A DNA stretch of 64,000 nucleotides from an uncultured Bacilli bacterium (lineage in GTDB: Bacteria > Bacillota_I > Bacilli_A > RF39 > UBA660). The notes under the pieces were generated by a model. It was given only the letters and a program-made list of their open reading frames with translations, searched no databases and was not told the DNA's origin. The stretch's first letter is position 1. Every line of letters starts with the position of its first letter. The position numbers and the translations under genes were made by a program. The DNA lies in assembly GCA_947628435.1 (NCBI GenBank), contig CANQZW010000004.1:2087-66086 (forward strand). Reading direction: 5' to 3'. This document shows, piece by piece, positions 13,162 through 22,800 of this stretch.

Positions 13162-13587
13162 TTAATCTTTAATTTCAATACCCATATTCTTAGCAGTACC
13201 TGCAACAATTTTCATTGCCTCTTCAACAGTATACGCATTTAAATCAGGTAACTTAATTTCAGCAATTTCCTTTAATTGTGCATTAGTTATACTTCCAACA
13301 ACCTCACTAGATCCTTTAGCAGAACCAGATTTGATTTTTGCATACTTTTTAAGCAAAAATGGAGTTGGTGGAGTCAAAAATCTTAAATCGAAACTTCTAT
13401 CATCATATATAGTAATTTCAACTGGAATTATATCTCCCATCTTATCTTTAGTTGCATCATTATATTTGACACAGAATTCACCTGAGTTAACTCCTGCTGG
13501 ACCTAACACAGTTCCTACTGGTGGAGCTGGTGTTGCTTTTCCAGCTGGCAATTGCAACTTTATCATCTTTACAACTTCTTTTGCCAC
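13162..13587 (-). CDS. rplK: 50S ribosomal protein L11
   Basis: 141 aa from the GTG at 13587, which follows the SD GGAGGTG. Sequence [24 protein letters not shown]. The ORF-track start at 13596 is probably over-extended. Confidence 0.95.
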   Translation of the reverse strand: MAKEVVKMIKLQLPAGKATPAPPVGTVLGPAGVNSGEFCVKYNDATKDKMGDIIPVEITIYDDRSFDLRFLTPPTPFLLKKYAKIKSGSAKGSSEVVGSITNAQLKEIAEIKLPDLNAYTVEEAMKIVAGTAKNMGIEIKD

Positions 13588-13744
13588 GAAAAACACCTCC
13601 TATAATTATTTTTTCGCGAGTGGTCAAATAGCTTTCTTTTAAAATCCGCGCCTTCCACTTTTTTCTTTCATCATCTATATAAATATATAGCTGCCAATTA
13701 ATTTTAACACAGCATATATGATAAAAGCAATAGTTTTTTTATTT

Positions 13745-14281
13745 TTATTCCTTAGTAAATTTAGTAAATTCTAGTTCAACATTCGTTTCTTGACCAAATA
13801 AATCTATCGTAACATTAGCTTTACCTGCATCCTTATCTATTTCATTTATTTTACCTGCTAACATTTTAAATGGTCCATCAGTTATCTTAACCTTATCACC
13901 AACTTTATAGTCAACAACAACGTTTTCACCAGTATATCCTATTTCCTTAAAAATTCGCTCTACTTCTTCATCATATAATGGAACAGGTTTTGCTCCTTTA
14001 CCTGATGATCCTAAAAATCCAGTAACACCAGGGGTATTACGTACAATATACCATGATTCATCTGACATAATCATCTCTACTAATACGTAACCAGGAAATA
14101 ATTTTTTTAGTTTTTCTTTTCTTTTACCATCTTTTATTTCAACTTCTTTTCTTTCAGGAACAATTACCCTAAATATATTTTCCTGCATTTCCATTGAATT
14201 TATTCTCATGTCTAACTTTTCTTTTACATTAGCCTCATGTCCAGAATAAGTGTTAACGACATACCATTTTTTTTCTTCCAT
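13745..14281 (-). CDS. nusG: transcription termination/antitermination factor NusG
   Basis: 178 aa. N-terminal WYVVNTYSGHE and KOW motif GDKVKITDGPF. Confidence 0.95.
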   Translation of the reverse strand: MEEKKWYVVNTYSGHEANVKEKLDMRINSMEMQENIFRVIVPERKEVEIKDGKRKEKLKKLFPGYVLVEMIMSDESWYIVRNTPGVTGFLGSSGKGAKPVPLYDEEVERIFKEIGYTGENVVVDYKVGDKVKITDGPFKMLAGKINEIDKDAGKANVTIDLFGQETNVELEFTKFTKE

Positions 14282-14282
14282 A

Positions 14283-14501
14283 TTAACTTACTAGCTCCTT
14301 TACGTATGATAATAATGCTACAATTAAGTCTGTACCAACAAAAAATAAACATATAAATATCATGAATGAAAGTGTTGCAACCGAATATTTAAACAAATTA
14401 CTCTTAGATGTCCATATAACTTTTTTAGTTTCTTGTTTAACATCTATAAAAAAGTCTTTTAAAGTTTTAAAAATATTTTTTTTGTTTTTCTTTTTAGCCA
14501 T
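14283..14501 (-). CDS. secE: preprotein translocase subunit SecE
   Basis: 72 aa. Basic N-terminus plus a single C-terminal TM segment. Immediately upstream of nusG. Confidence 0.8.
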   Translation of the reverse strand: MAKKKNKKNIFKTLKDFFIDVKQETKKVIWTSKSNLFKYSVATLSFMIFICLFFVGTDLIVALLSYVKELVS

Positions 14502-14581
14502 TATATATCTCCCATTACCTCAAAATAAAAAACACTTTTTGTGTTTACTACCTATGATAGTAACACAAACGAATAAAATAG

Positions 14582-15202
14582 TCAATTTATTTTACTTAAT
14601 ATATCCCTTAATTTAATTCGTATCCTAAATAAAGCACACTCTATTGATTTTGGAGTTTTACCTAAATTTTTAGAAATTTCTTCATAGTTAAGACCATATA
14701 ATCTTTGAGTATATACTTGCTTTTCAAAATAAGTTAGCTCTTTTTGTAACATTTTATTAAAACTTTCAGTATTTTCTTTACTTACTAAAAGATCCTCGAT
14801 ACTGCTGTCTTTATCATAAATAATATTTTTAAAGCCATTTTTATCATCCTCGTCATTTGTATAATCAATAGAATATGATTCATTTAAAATCTTATGCTTT
14901 TTACGATTAGCTTGCTTTACTGCACTTATTATCTTTCTTTTAATACATACAAATGCAAAAGTGCAAAATTTTATATCCTTTTGATCCTTATAACTTTTTA
15001 TTGCAGAATCTAATCCGATTAATCCTTCTTGATATAAATCATTATAATCCAATCCTTTACCCTCAACTAAACGAGAATATTTTTTTGCAAAATAATCAAT
15101 TACAGATTCATACTTTTTATATATTGTCTCACTTGCTAATTCATTACTTTCTGAAACCATATATAATAGTTCATAATCATCTTCATATTTATTTTTTATC
15201 AT
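14582..15202 (-). CDS. sigH: sigma-70 family sigma factor, SigH-like
   Basis: 206 aa. Region 2 YQEGLIGLDSAIKSYK and region 4 HTH near the C-terminus. Position upstream of secE-nusG and downstream of rlmB matches Bacillus sigH. Confidence 0.75.
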   Translation of the reverse strand: MIKNKYEDDYELLYMVSESNELASETIYKKYESVIDYFAKKYSRLVEGKGLDYNDLYQEGLIGLDSAIKSYKDQKDIKFCTFAFVCIKRKIISAVKQANRKKHKILNESYSIDYTNDEDDKNGFKNIIYDKDSSIEDLLVSKENTESFNKMLQKELTYFEKQVYTQRLYGLNYEEISKNLGKTPKSIECALFRIRIKLRDILSKIN

Positions 15203-15222
15203 TTATTATCCCCCTTAAAAAA

Positions 15223-15927
15223 TTATTTTCTTTGTCTTACAACCTCATATATCATTATTCCTGCCGCAACAGACGCATTTAAACTGTTTATTTTACCATA
15301 CATAGGAATTCGTGCTATAAAATCACAATTTTTTTTAACCAAGCTACTCATACCAAAGCCCTCACTTCCTATTATTATCGCAACAGGCAACGTATAATCA
15401 ATATCATTATATATAACGCTATTATCCATATCCGTACCAACGATCCATACGCCGTGTTCTTTTAATTTTCTTATTGTATTATTAATATTAGTAGCTTCTA
15501 CAATACTAACATTATCTAATGCTCCAACACTGGTTTTCATTACCGTTGAATTAACTTTTACACTTCTGTTTTTTGGAATAACGATGTAATTAACGCCAGC
15601 TGCTTCTGCCGTTCTAATTATGGCACCAAAATTATGAGGATCTTCTATATGATCTAATATAATAATAAACGGATTAGAATTCAAATTAAGAATCATTTCA
15701 TTTTCAGTTAAATATTTAAAATCAGGTATTTCTAAAATTACCCCTTGATGGTTTCCCGATTGTAGTTTATCTAACTCTTTTTTATTTAAATAAGAAATAG
15801 GAGTATTTAACTGCTGTAATGCCTTTTGTATATCAGAGTCAATCATATTTTTAGATAAATAAGCTTTTTTTATTTTTCTGTTATTTTGTATTAATTCTTT
15901 TGCTACATTTTTTCCAAAAACATACAT
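15223..15927 (-). CDS. rlmB: 23S rRNA (guanosine-2'-O-)-methyltransferase RlmB (SpoU/TrmH family)
   Basis: SpoU motifs DHIEDPHNFGAIIRTAEAAG and IIGSEGFGMS...IPMYGKINSLNASVAAGI. Start is either the ATG at 15927 (SD GGTGA) or the GTG at 15936. Confidence 0.85.
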   Translation of the reverse strand: MYVFGKNVAKELIQNNRKIKKAYLSKNMIDSDIQKALQQLNTPISYLNKKELDKLQSGNHQGVILEIPDFKYLTENEMILNLNSNPFIIILDHIEDPHNFGAIIRTAEAAGVNYIVIPKNRSVKVNSTVMKTSVGALDNVSIVEATNINNTIRKLKEHGVWIVGTDMDNSVIYNDIDYTLPVAIIIGSEGFGMSSLVKKNCDFIARIPMYGKINSLNASVAAGIMIYEVVRQRK

Positions 15928-15928
15928 A

Positions 15929-16318
15929 TTAATCACCCGTTATTTCCTTCATTAATTGTTCTATTCTTTTATAATCCTTTTTTAAATATAACATTCCAAA
16001 TAAAGCTTCTAGTGCGGTCGCTTTTTTATATTCCTTTATTTTAGTACTATGAGGTTTAGAATTAGGCCTATAATTTCTTGCTCTTTTAATCGTATATAAT
16101 TCATCTTGAGTAAAAATATCTTTATAAATAAGATCATCAAGTATAATAGCTTGATTTTTAGCACTAACATATTTTATGGATTCCTTATCCATTAAATTAA
16201 CTTTTAACTTTGCATTATTTACTAAATAGTTTCTTACATTAACCTCATACACAGCATCTCCTATGTATGCTAAAATACCCACATTTATTTCATTTATGTT
16301 CACTTTCTTCACATCCAT
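15929..16318 (-). CDS. mrnC: mini-ribonuclease III
   Basis: AYIGDAVYE signature. Upstream of rlmB as in Bacillus. The start is uncertain (ATG at 16318 versus the ORF-track 16351). Confidence 0.8.
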   Translation of the reverse strand: MDVKKVNINEINVGILAYIGDAVYEVNVRNYLVNNAKLKVNLMDKESIKYVSAKNQAIILDDLIYKDIFTQDELYTIKRARNYRPNSKPHSTKIKEYKKATALEALFGMLYLKKDYKRIEQLMKEITGD

Positions 16319-16362
16319 AAGTATTAAAACACATAAAAACATAAAAAACAAGGAAAACCTTG

Positions 16363-16677
16363 TTAATCTATTTTAAGTATTTTTTCGCCATTTTTTGAAT
16401 ATAAATATTTTTCTCTTGCATATCTTGCAGCATATTCTGGATTTTTTAATTTTTCAACATCATCAGAAAGTATTTTTTCCTCTTCCATAAGAGAATTTAA
16501 TTGTGACGTTAAATTATTCTTTTCTTTCGTTTTTTCTCTTATTTTAAAAATATTACCAATAGATGATACAACGCATAATCCAATTATAAAAAAGCAAAAA
16601 ATAAATGTTAAAACAACTCTTCTTTTTTTCCTAACTATTAATCTATTACTCACTATATCATCACCACTATAAATCAT
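16363..16677 (-). CDS. divIC: septum formation initiator (FtsB/DivIC family)
   Basis: 104 aa. One N-terminal TM segment followed by a coiled-coil (LTSQLNSLMEEEKILSDDVEKLKN). yabP-yabQ-divIC synteny. Confidence 0.6.
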   Translation of the reverse strand: MIYSGDDIVSNRLIVRKKRRVVLTFIFCFFIIGLCVVSSIGNIFKIREKTKEKNNLTSQLNSLMEEEKILSDDVEKLKNPEYAARYAREKYLYSKNGEKILKID

Positions 16678-16701
16678 TATATAATTAAATATTTAAATTT
16701 T

Positions 16702-16974
16702 CTAGTGTTTTTTGTCTTTAAAGTAAAACAAATGACAAAATAAACCACCAAGTATCAAAAATATAAAAATATAATAATTTAACATACCATAATCTATCTT
16801 ATATAGAAAAAAATAAAAAAGTCCCATATGAAAAAAGCAAAATACCAACTCACTTATTATTTTTAATATTCTATTTTTTATCTTTAATAATTTAAATAGT
16901 TTAAATGTTGCAACAAAAAACATACCATAAATAAAAGAATAAAATATTACCTTAAATTGATTTTCCAATTTCAT
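16702..16974 (-). CDS. yabQ: spore cortex biosynthesis protein YabQ-like membrane protein
   Basis: 90 aa and hydrophobic. The start overlaps the yabP stop. Called by synteny only. Confidence 0.5.
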   Translation of the reverse strand: MKLENQFKVIFYSFIYGMFFVATFKLFKLLKIKNRILKIISELVFCFFHMGLFYFFLYKIDYGMLNYYIFIFLILGGLFCHLFYFKDKKH

Positions 16975-17264
16975 TATTTAAATAACCTAGATATTACTGA
17001 ATCCTCTTTCTTTGTTTTTTCATTATCTAAATAAGTAAAACCATCTATTATTCCTTTAATTACAATCGTGCCATCATAGGTATCTAATTTTATTATTTCA
17101 AGTTCTTGTCCTTTAATTCCTAAAGGTCCAACACTGGTTTCAAGGAGAAATTCTTCGCTATCAAAACTATCAATTTTAGTTACTCCACTTATTGTTATAT
17201 TTTGTCTTTCAACAATTTTAATTTCATGAGTTATTAATTCTACTTTATCTGTATCTTTATTCAT
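16974..17264 (-). CDS. yabP: sporulation protein YabP
   Basis: 96 aa. Contains NITISGVTKIDSFDSEEFLLET, typical of YabP/YqfC. Confidence 0.75.
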   Translation of the reverse strand: MNKDTDKVELITHEIKIVERQNITISGVTKIDSFDSEEFLLETSVGPLGIKGQELEIIKLDTYDGTIVIKGIIDGFTYLDNEKTKKEDSVISRLFK

Positions 17265-17315
17265 AAAGTCCTCCTGATAAAGTATATTATAAAAAAAGAA
17301 TAATATGATAACATA

Positions 17316-17573
17316 TTACTCTTCATTATTATATGCTTGTTCTATTGCCGTATCAATTTTATTTCTTAACTCAGCATTAATAGGATGAACATAATCTTTA
17401 TATTTACCATCTTTTAGTTTCTTATTTGGCATAGCAGCAAAAATTCTAGTATTACCTTTTATTATTCTTATTCCATTTACTTTTAAGCAATTATCAAATA
17501 TTATCTCTGCATATCCTATCATCCTAGAATTTTCGTTGTTTTCTTTTTGAATTGACACACTTGTTATCTCCAT
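17316..17573 (-). CDS. spoVG: septation/sporulation regulator SpoVG
   Basis: 85 aa from MEITSVSIQ (SD AAGGAAG). Contains NGIRIIKGNTRIFAAMPNKKLKDGKYKDYVHPIN. Confidence 0.9.
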   Translation of the reverse strand: MEITSVSIQKENNENSRMIGYAEIIFDNCLKVNGIRIIKGNTRIFAAMPNKKLKDGKYKDYVHPINAELRNKIDTAIEQAYNNEE

Positions 17574-17644
17574 AACACCACTTCCTTTACTATTACTAAC
17601 TAACATAATTTTACCATATTATTTAAAAAAAAAGCAAAAAAATG

Positions 17645-19804
17645 TTATTTTTTTACTTTTTTTCTTAATAAAATTACACCTACTAATACAGCCGTTAACC
17701 CTAAAATGATAAGAACATAATTAGGAACCTTCCTACCTGTTGTTATCGTAACTATTAATTCTGCCGAATCTCTACTACCTATTTTAACAACTTTTTGATC
17801 AATCATTTCAGTTAAGTAATAGCCATCAGCATCACTATCTTTAATAGTAACAAGAGCTGTTGAGTTTTTATCTTCAATAAGTTCGTATCCTTCTGGTGCT
17901 TCTTTTTCAACTACCCTATACTCTCCAGGTGGAAGCTTTGAAATATGTGCTATTCCACCTTGAGTAAGTATTATATATGTTCCATTATTAGTACTTAAAT
18001 TTGCATCATAAGAATACATACCAGGCTGCTGTTCTTTTAATAAAATATCCTTATATACATTATTAATCTTTCTTTGTAATGAGAATTTTCCACCATTAAC
18101 AAAGTTACCATCTTCATCCTTTTTTTGAAATTCTAAGCCCGCAAAACCATTAGTAAATGATACGTTGCTATCCGCACCACATACATTAACTGATTTACTT
18201 GGTTCGGATGGTAAGGTAAGTCCTTCTGGCGGCTTTACCTCGTTTATTGTGTATTTACAACTAGGTAACGTACGAACTTTAAATTTTCCGTTACATGTTT
18301 TAAGCGATTTTACTGCACCATCGGTACTACTACTAGAAACATCATAAACTCCTGGTGATACTTCCTTAAAATAAACGTTTTTATTATTTTCCAAAATTTC
18401 AAACTCTGGTCCGGTATAAGTATCAGTTCCACAACCATCATCTAAAACAACAACATTTCCATCTTCATCGACAGTTTTTTTAGTTAAATTAAATTCTTTA
18501 TTTTTATTAGTAACAGTAATGGTTGCATAACTTGAAGAACCTGCAGTATTACTATTTGTAACAGTAACTTTTTTTACACTTGAATCAAGTTCATAACCTT
18601 GAGGAACATTAGTTTCTTTTACATAATATGTTCCTGGAGCAGGGATATTACTATAAGTAATTTCACCTTTATCATTTGTTACATCAGTTTTTAAAACTTT
18701 TGTGCAAGAACTATCCGAACATATATTAAAAGTTGCCCCTTTTAAAAGTTTATTATCTAATTGACTCTTTTTTATTATCTTTAATTGATATTTAGGAGTA
18801 TATACCTTTACAGCTAAAGTCCTAGTAGTGCCAACTACTCCTATAAGATCCTGAGAAGTTGAATGATAATAAGCTTTAAGATCCCCTTTATTTTTATTAT
18901 AAACAGATATTTTTACTGTTTTTGCACTATTTTTATCAATAGGGTTAGAACTAGAAATAGTAATAGAATTATTATTTTTTGTAACTTCTAAACCACTTTT
19001 TTCAGAAATTTCCCAATAAGAAAATAATGAATCTGATATAGTTGTTGTAAACTTACCTTTTGATGCATTCCAAGAAAGTGATATGGTTTTTGCTTTGGCC
19101 TCCGTACTAAAATTTTTAGGATTTTTATAAAAGGCTTCATAAACTTTTTTTATTATAGCGTTATATGTTTGAGATAATACATTATTTTTGCCACTAATAT
19201 ATCTATCATAAAAACTATTTGATTTCGCTTTATTTGATGGAGCTACTTTTCCAGTTTTTATATCACTTATAGTTCTTTCACCCGTTGCAACCTCCCATAT
19301 TAATTGTTGGGTTGCATATACTTGAAAAACATATTTGCTATCTGTTGGACAATCAACAGAGTTTTTATTAGCATTAGTACTTTCACTTGGAATTTTATCA
19401 ACCTTAGCTGCAAAAGTTAAAATTTTTTGTATCATTTCTTTCTTAGTTGCTCCTCCTTGAGAGTCAGCTAAAAATTTATGGTTATAACCTCCTAATGAAG
19501 AAGAGGTATATGTAGGGGCATTTAAATGTGCACCCGGCTCTATACAATAAGCTTGTTTGCCATCCATACTATAAATACCAACGAATTTCGGATTCATTTT
19601 TATTGTGTAGCCATAACTCCAAGCGCCACTACTTTCACTTTTTTTGTAAACTAATATATCATAATCTGAAGAACTAATATTAGAAAGACACTTATGATAT
19701 ATCCACTTTGGTTTTAATGCTGCGAATGTTTTTAGATTAAATGAAAAAAAGGTGATAACTATTAATAATAATAGTTTTAAGCTCTTTATTAATCTTTTAT
19801 TCAT
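17645..19804 (-). CDS. secreted thioester-domain (TED) adhesin with SpaA/CnaB-type Ig-fold repeats and a C-terminal TM anchor
   Basis: 719 aa from MNKRLIKSLK (signal peptide ending ...KTFA). Candidate thioester Cys in AYCIEPG (codon 19544-19546) and Gln in ATQQLIWEV. SpaA-type repeats (GATFNICSD...GTYYVKETNVPQGYELD; GEYRVVEKEAPEGYEL). C-terminal hydrophobic stretch plus LRKKVKK, but no LPXTG. Confidence 0.7.
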   Translation of the reverse strand: MNKRLIKSLKLLLLIVITFFSFNLKTFAALKPKWIYHKCLSNISSSDYDILVYKKSESSGAWSYGYTIKMNPKFVGIYSMDGKQAYCIEPGAHLNAPTYTSSSLGGYNHKFLADSQGGATKKEMIQKILTFAAKVDKIPSESTNANKNSVDCPTDSKYVFQVYATQQLIWEVATGERTISDIKTGKVAPSNKAKSNSFYDRYISGKNNVLSQTYNAIIKKVYEAFYKNPKNFSTEAKAKTISLSWNASKGKFTTTISDSLFSYWEISEKSGLEVTKNNNSITISSSNPIDKNSAKTVKISVYNKNKGDLKAYYHSTSQDLIGVVGTTRTLAVKVYTPKYQLKIIKKSQLDNKLLKGATFNICSDSSCTKVLKTDVTNDKGEITYSNIPAPGTYYVKETNVPQGYELDSSVKKVTVTNSNTAGSSSYATITVTNKNKEFNLTKKTVDEDGNVVVLDDGCGTDTYTGPEFEILENNKNVYFKEVSPGVYDVSSSSTDGAVKSLKTCNGKFKVRTLPSCKYTINEVKPPEGLTLPSEPSKSVNVCGADSNVSFTNGFAGLEFQKKDEDGNFVNGGKFSLQRKINNVYKDILLKEQQPGMYSYDANLSTNNGTYIILTQGGIAHISKLPPGEYRVVEKEAPEGYELIEDKNSTALVTIKDSDADGYYLTEMIDQKVVKIGSRDSAELIVTITTGRKVPNYVLIILGLTAVLVGVILLRKKVKK

Positions 19805-22800
19805 TGTTATCACCTTCTTCAGTATTACTACTATTTTTTGCAACTACTAGAATTTGTAAATCCTCATCATCTACTGCGGCGTAGTTAACAAATGAGCCTG
19901 CTTCTTTTCTTGTTATATCAAAGGCAATAGTAAGATATTTCTTTTCTCCACCTTTTACTAATTGATCAAATAACGTACTATTTTCTACATACCCATCTTC
20001 ATTTAATACCCAGCCTTTATTTTCTTCATATTCTTCATTAAAAGTCATTCCGTCTGGAATATAATCTTTAACAGTATATATATATCCAGGATAATATCCT
20101 ATATTTTCAAGTTCTATTGTATAAACTACTTTTATATTTAGATTATTAATATCCTTTACATCTAACTTAGCTAACTTTGAATTACCATAATCTTTTATTG
20201 TTGAAACTCCAAGCTGATTTGTAGTTATTGCTTTTGTAATATATTTAGTTAACTTAACCGAATATTCTTTTCTTAGTGTTAATCCTAAATTTATATTACT
20301 AACAGTTCTAGTATCATCAGTAATTTCAATATTATCTGTTTTTAAATTAAATTCTCCTACGTCTATTTCTTTATCTATACCATCATCAAGTTCTTCTGTT
20401 ACTATGGTTTCTTCTTTTGTGTTTGCTACTATTTGCATAATCCATGTGGCATCTACTGTGTTTATTTTCCCATCTTGGTTAACATCAGCCAATTTTTTCT
20501 GCAACTCCGTAAACTCTACTTTTTCACTAATATAGTTCATAATAAGCTTAAAATCTGTAACAGATATGTCATTATCCAAGTTAACATCACCTAAACTGTA
20601 GCTTACTTTAGTAACTTCATCTATTATAGCTTTTCCATACATAACTCTAAATGATGATGTAAATGATTTATCGGGAATTACTCGGTAAGGAGATACTCCA
20701 TACTTAGCAGTATTATATTCTGCCGTAACATAATAATTTCCTGGGTTTAAATCTGCTAAAACATAATTTCCTTTTTCATCAGATACAGTAGTTTTAATAA
20801 GTTCTTGTGTATCTGCATTATATAATCCTAAAGTAACACCTGCAACCTTCTTTTCAGAAGAATCCATCATACCATTAGCATCAAAATCCTCCCAAACATT
20901 ACCGGTTATTCTTTTACTAATTACTTCTACATCTATTGGTCTTATATTTTTAACTATTTTCTCTTCTTCTTGTAAAATCAAGTAAGAATTTATAGTATAC
21001 TTATCACCACTTTTATTACTTTTTGGATTTATTTTTATTTTTTGTTCATATGTCTTAGATGCCTCTAGATTAATATTACTTACTTTAACTGCCGTAACTT
21101 CTAAATAATTATCATTTTTATACTTTGAGCAATCATCCCAAGTAATTTCACTTGCATTTGCTAATTTGCTTGCATCACTTACTATTGCAGATGGGCTTGT
21201 TGTACAAAAAGCGTTAGATGGCAAATCAGATAATGTATAAGTACCTGTATAATTATCTTCTTCATTTTCAACATCATTATATGGTAAAACTGTTATTATT
21301 TCCATGTTTGAATGAGTTACATTACTACTATCATTATTATATAATTTTATGCTAGTTTCAAAAGCTGTATTTTTTGGAATGGTTGGTTTTAATGCATACT
21401 GTGAAAAAGAAATAGCCTCACTATTTATGTAATTTATATTTCTTGTTGTTGTTCTTAAATCCTCAGGTGATGAATCTGTTATTCCATCAGATGATGTTGC
21501 TTGAATAACAACTTTAATTGGAAGATCTGTGTGTGACTTTATATTAATATCGTAACTTATATCAAATACAATTGAATCAATCCATTCATTAATTTGTTTT
21601 CCTGTTAATGTATAAGTTAACGTTTTACCACTTACCTTAGGAAGAATATAGTTTTCGTTATAAATGTAATTAACTCCATCAGGCAAAGTAACTGTTATAG
21701 TAACATTTTTTAAATCTTTAATTTTTACTGCACTCGTATTAATTAATGCCGCTGGCATACTAACGCTTGGATATATACTTATCTGTGAGGTGTTGGTATT
21801 TGCACCATCAATAATTGCATTTATTTCGCTACCTTCTACATATACCTTTGTTCTTGCCTTAAATGGGGTTATTTTTACTGATGTAGAAGAATTTCCCGCA
21901 AATAAACGACCATTAACGTAACTAAATTTTGAATCTAATGATACTTGTACTCCTTTATTTCCAACATTAGTTAATACTCTTACTCTAAAATCTATATTAG
22001 AACCCGGGCTAACACTATCAATAGTATAAGTTAAATGCGCTATAACTTTATCACCGTTTAATTGTTCATTTGCTTTTTCAAAAGAATCATATGTAGCGGT
22101 TGTTCCATTAACACAGGAAGAGCCGTTTTGTTCTACTTGACATACTGTATATGTGACTTTTATTTTATCTTTATATTCTTCATTAATATAATAAGGTGTT
22201 GGTGATTCTACATCCCCACTATATTCAACCATAGTAAATACTGGCGTTTGATTACCAAATGCAAACGTTCCTCTACTAATTGGAACTTCTACACTTAAAT
22301 TTTTTATATCTGCATCTGCTTCTGATGAGTAACTAATTCTTGATCTTACAATTGCCTCTTCACCAAAAGATAAATACGAATTATCTTGTAATTTTCTTAT
22401 TGTTCCATCTTCCTCAGTATTAATTGTTAACTCATTTGTTACTGTTCCTGTTGAAAAAAGAGGGTTAATAACTGGATCTGATGTAACATCTCCTATCTTT
22501 AGTTTGACTGATATATCATCTTTTGAATCATTACGCGGAGACTGTGCTGTTACAAAATATGATCCTAACGCAACAAAGTCATTTCCATACAAGTTAATTG
22601 TTCCATCTGTTTTTATACCTTTAATAACTAAGCTATAAGTTGTCTTAACATTAACTGTGTTTACAACTTCTACTTCAAAACCATTTTCGTCATTTATTTT
22701 ATATAATGCATTATAAGTTCCAATATTAGAACTATTAATTGTTGTTTCTTTATTTGATGAAACATTGTAGTACTTAACTGTACAATTATTTTGATCATTA

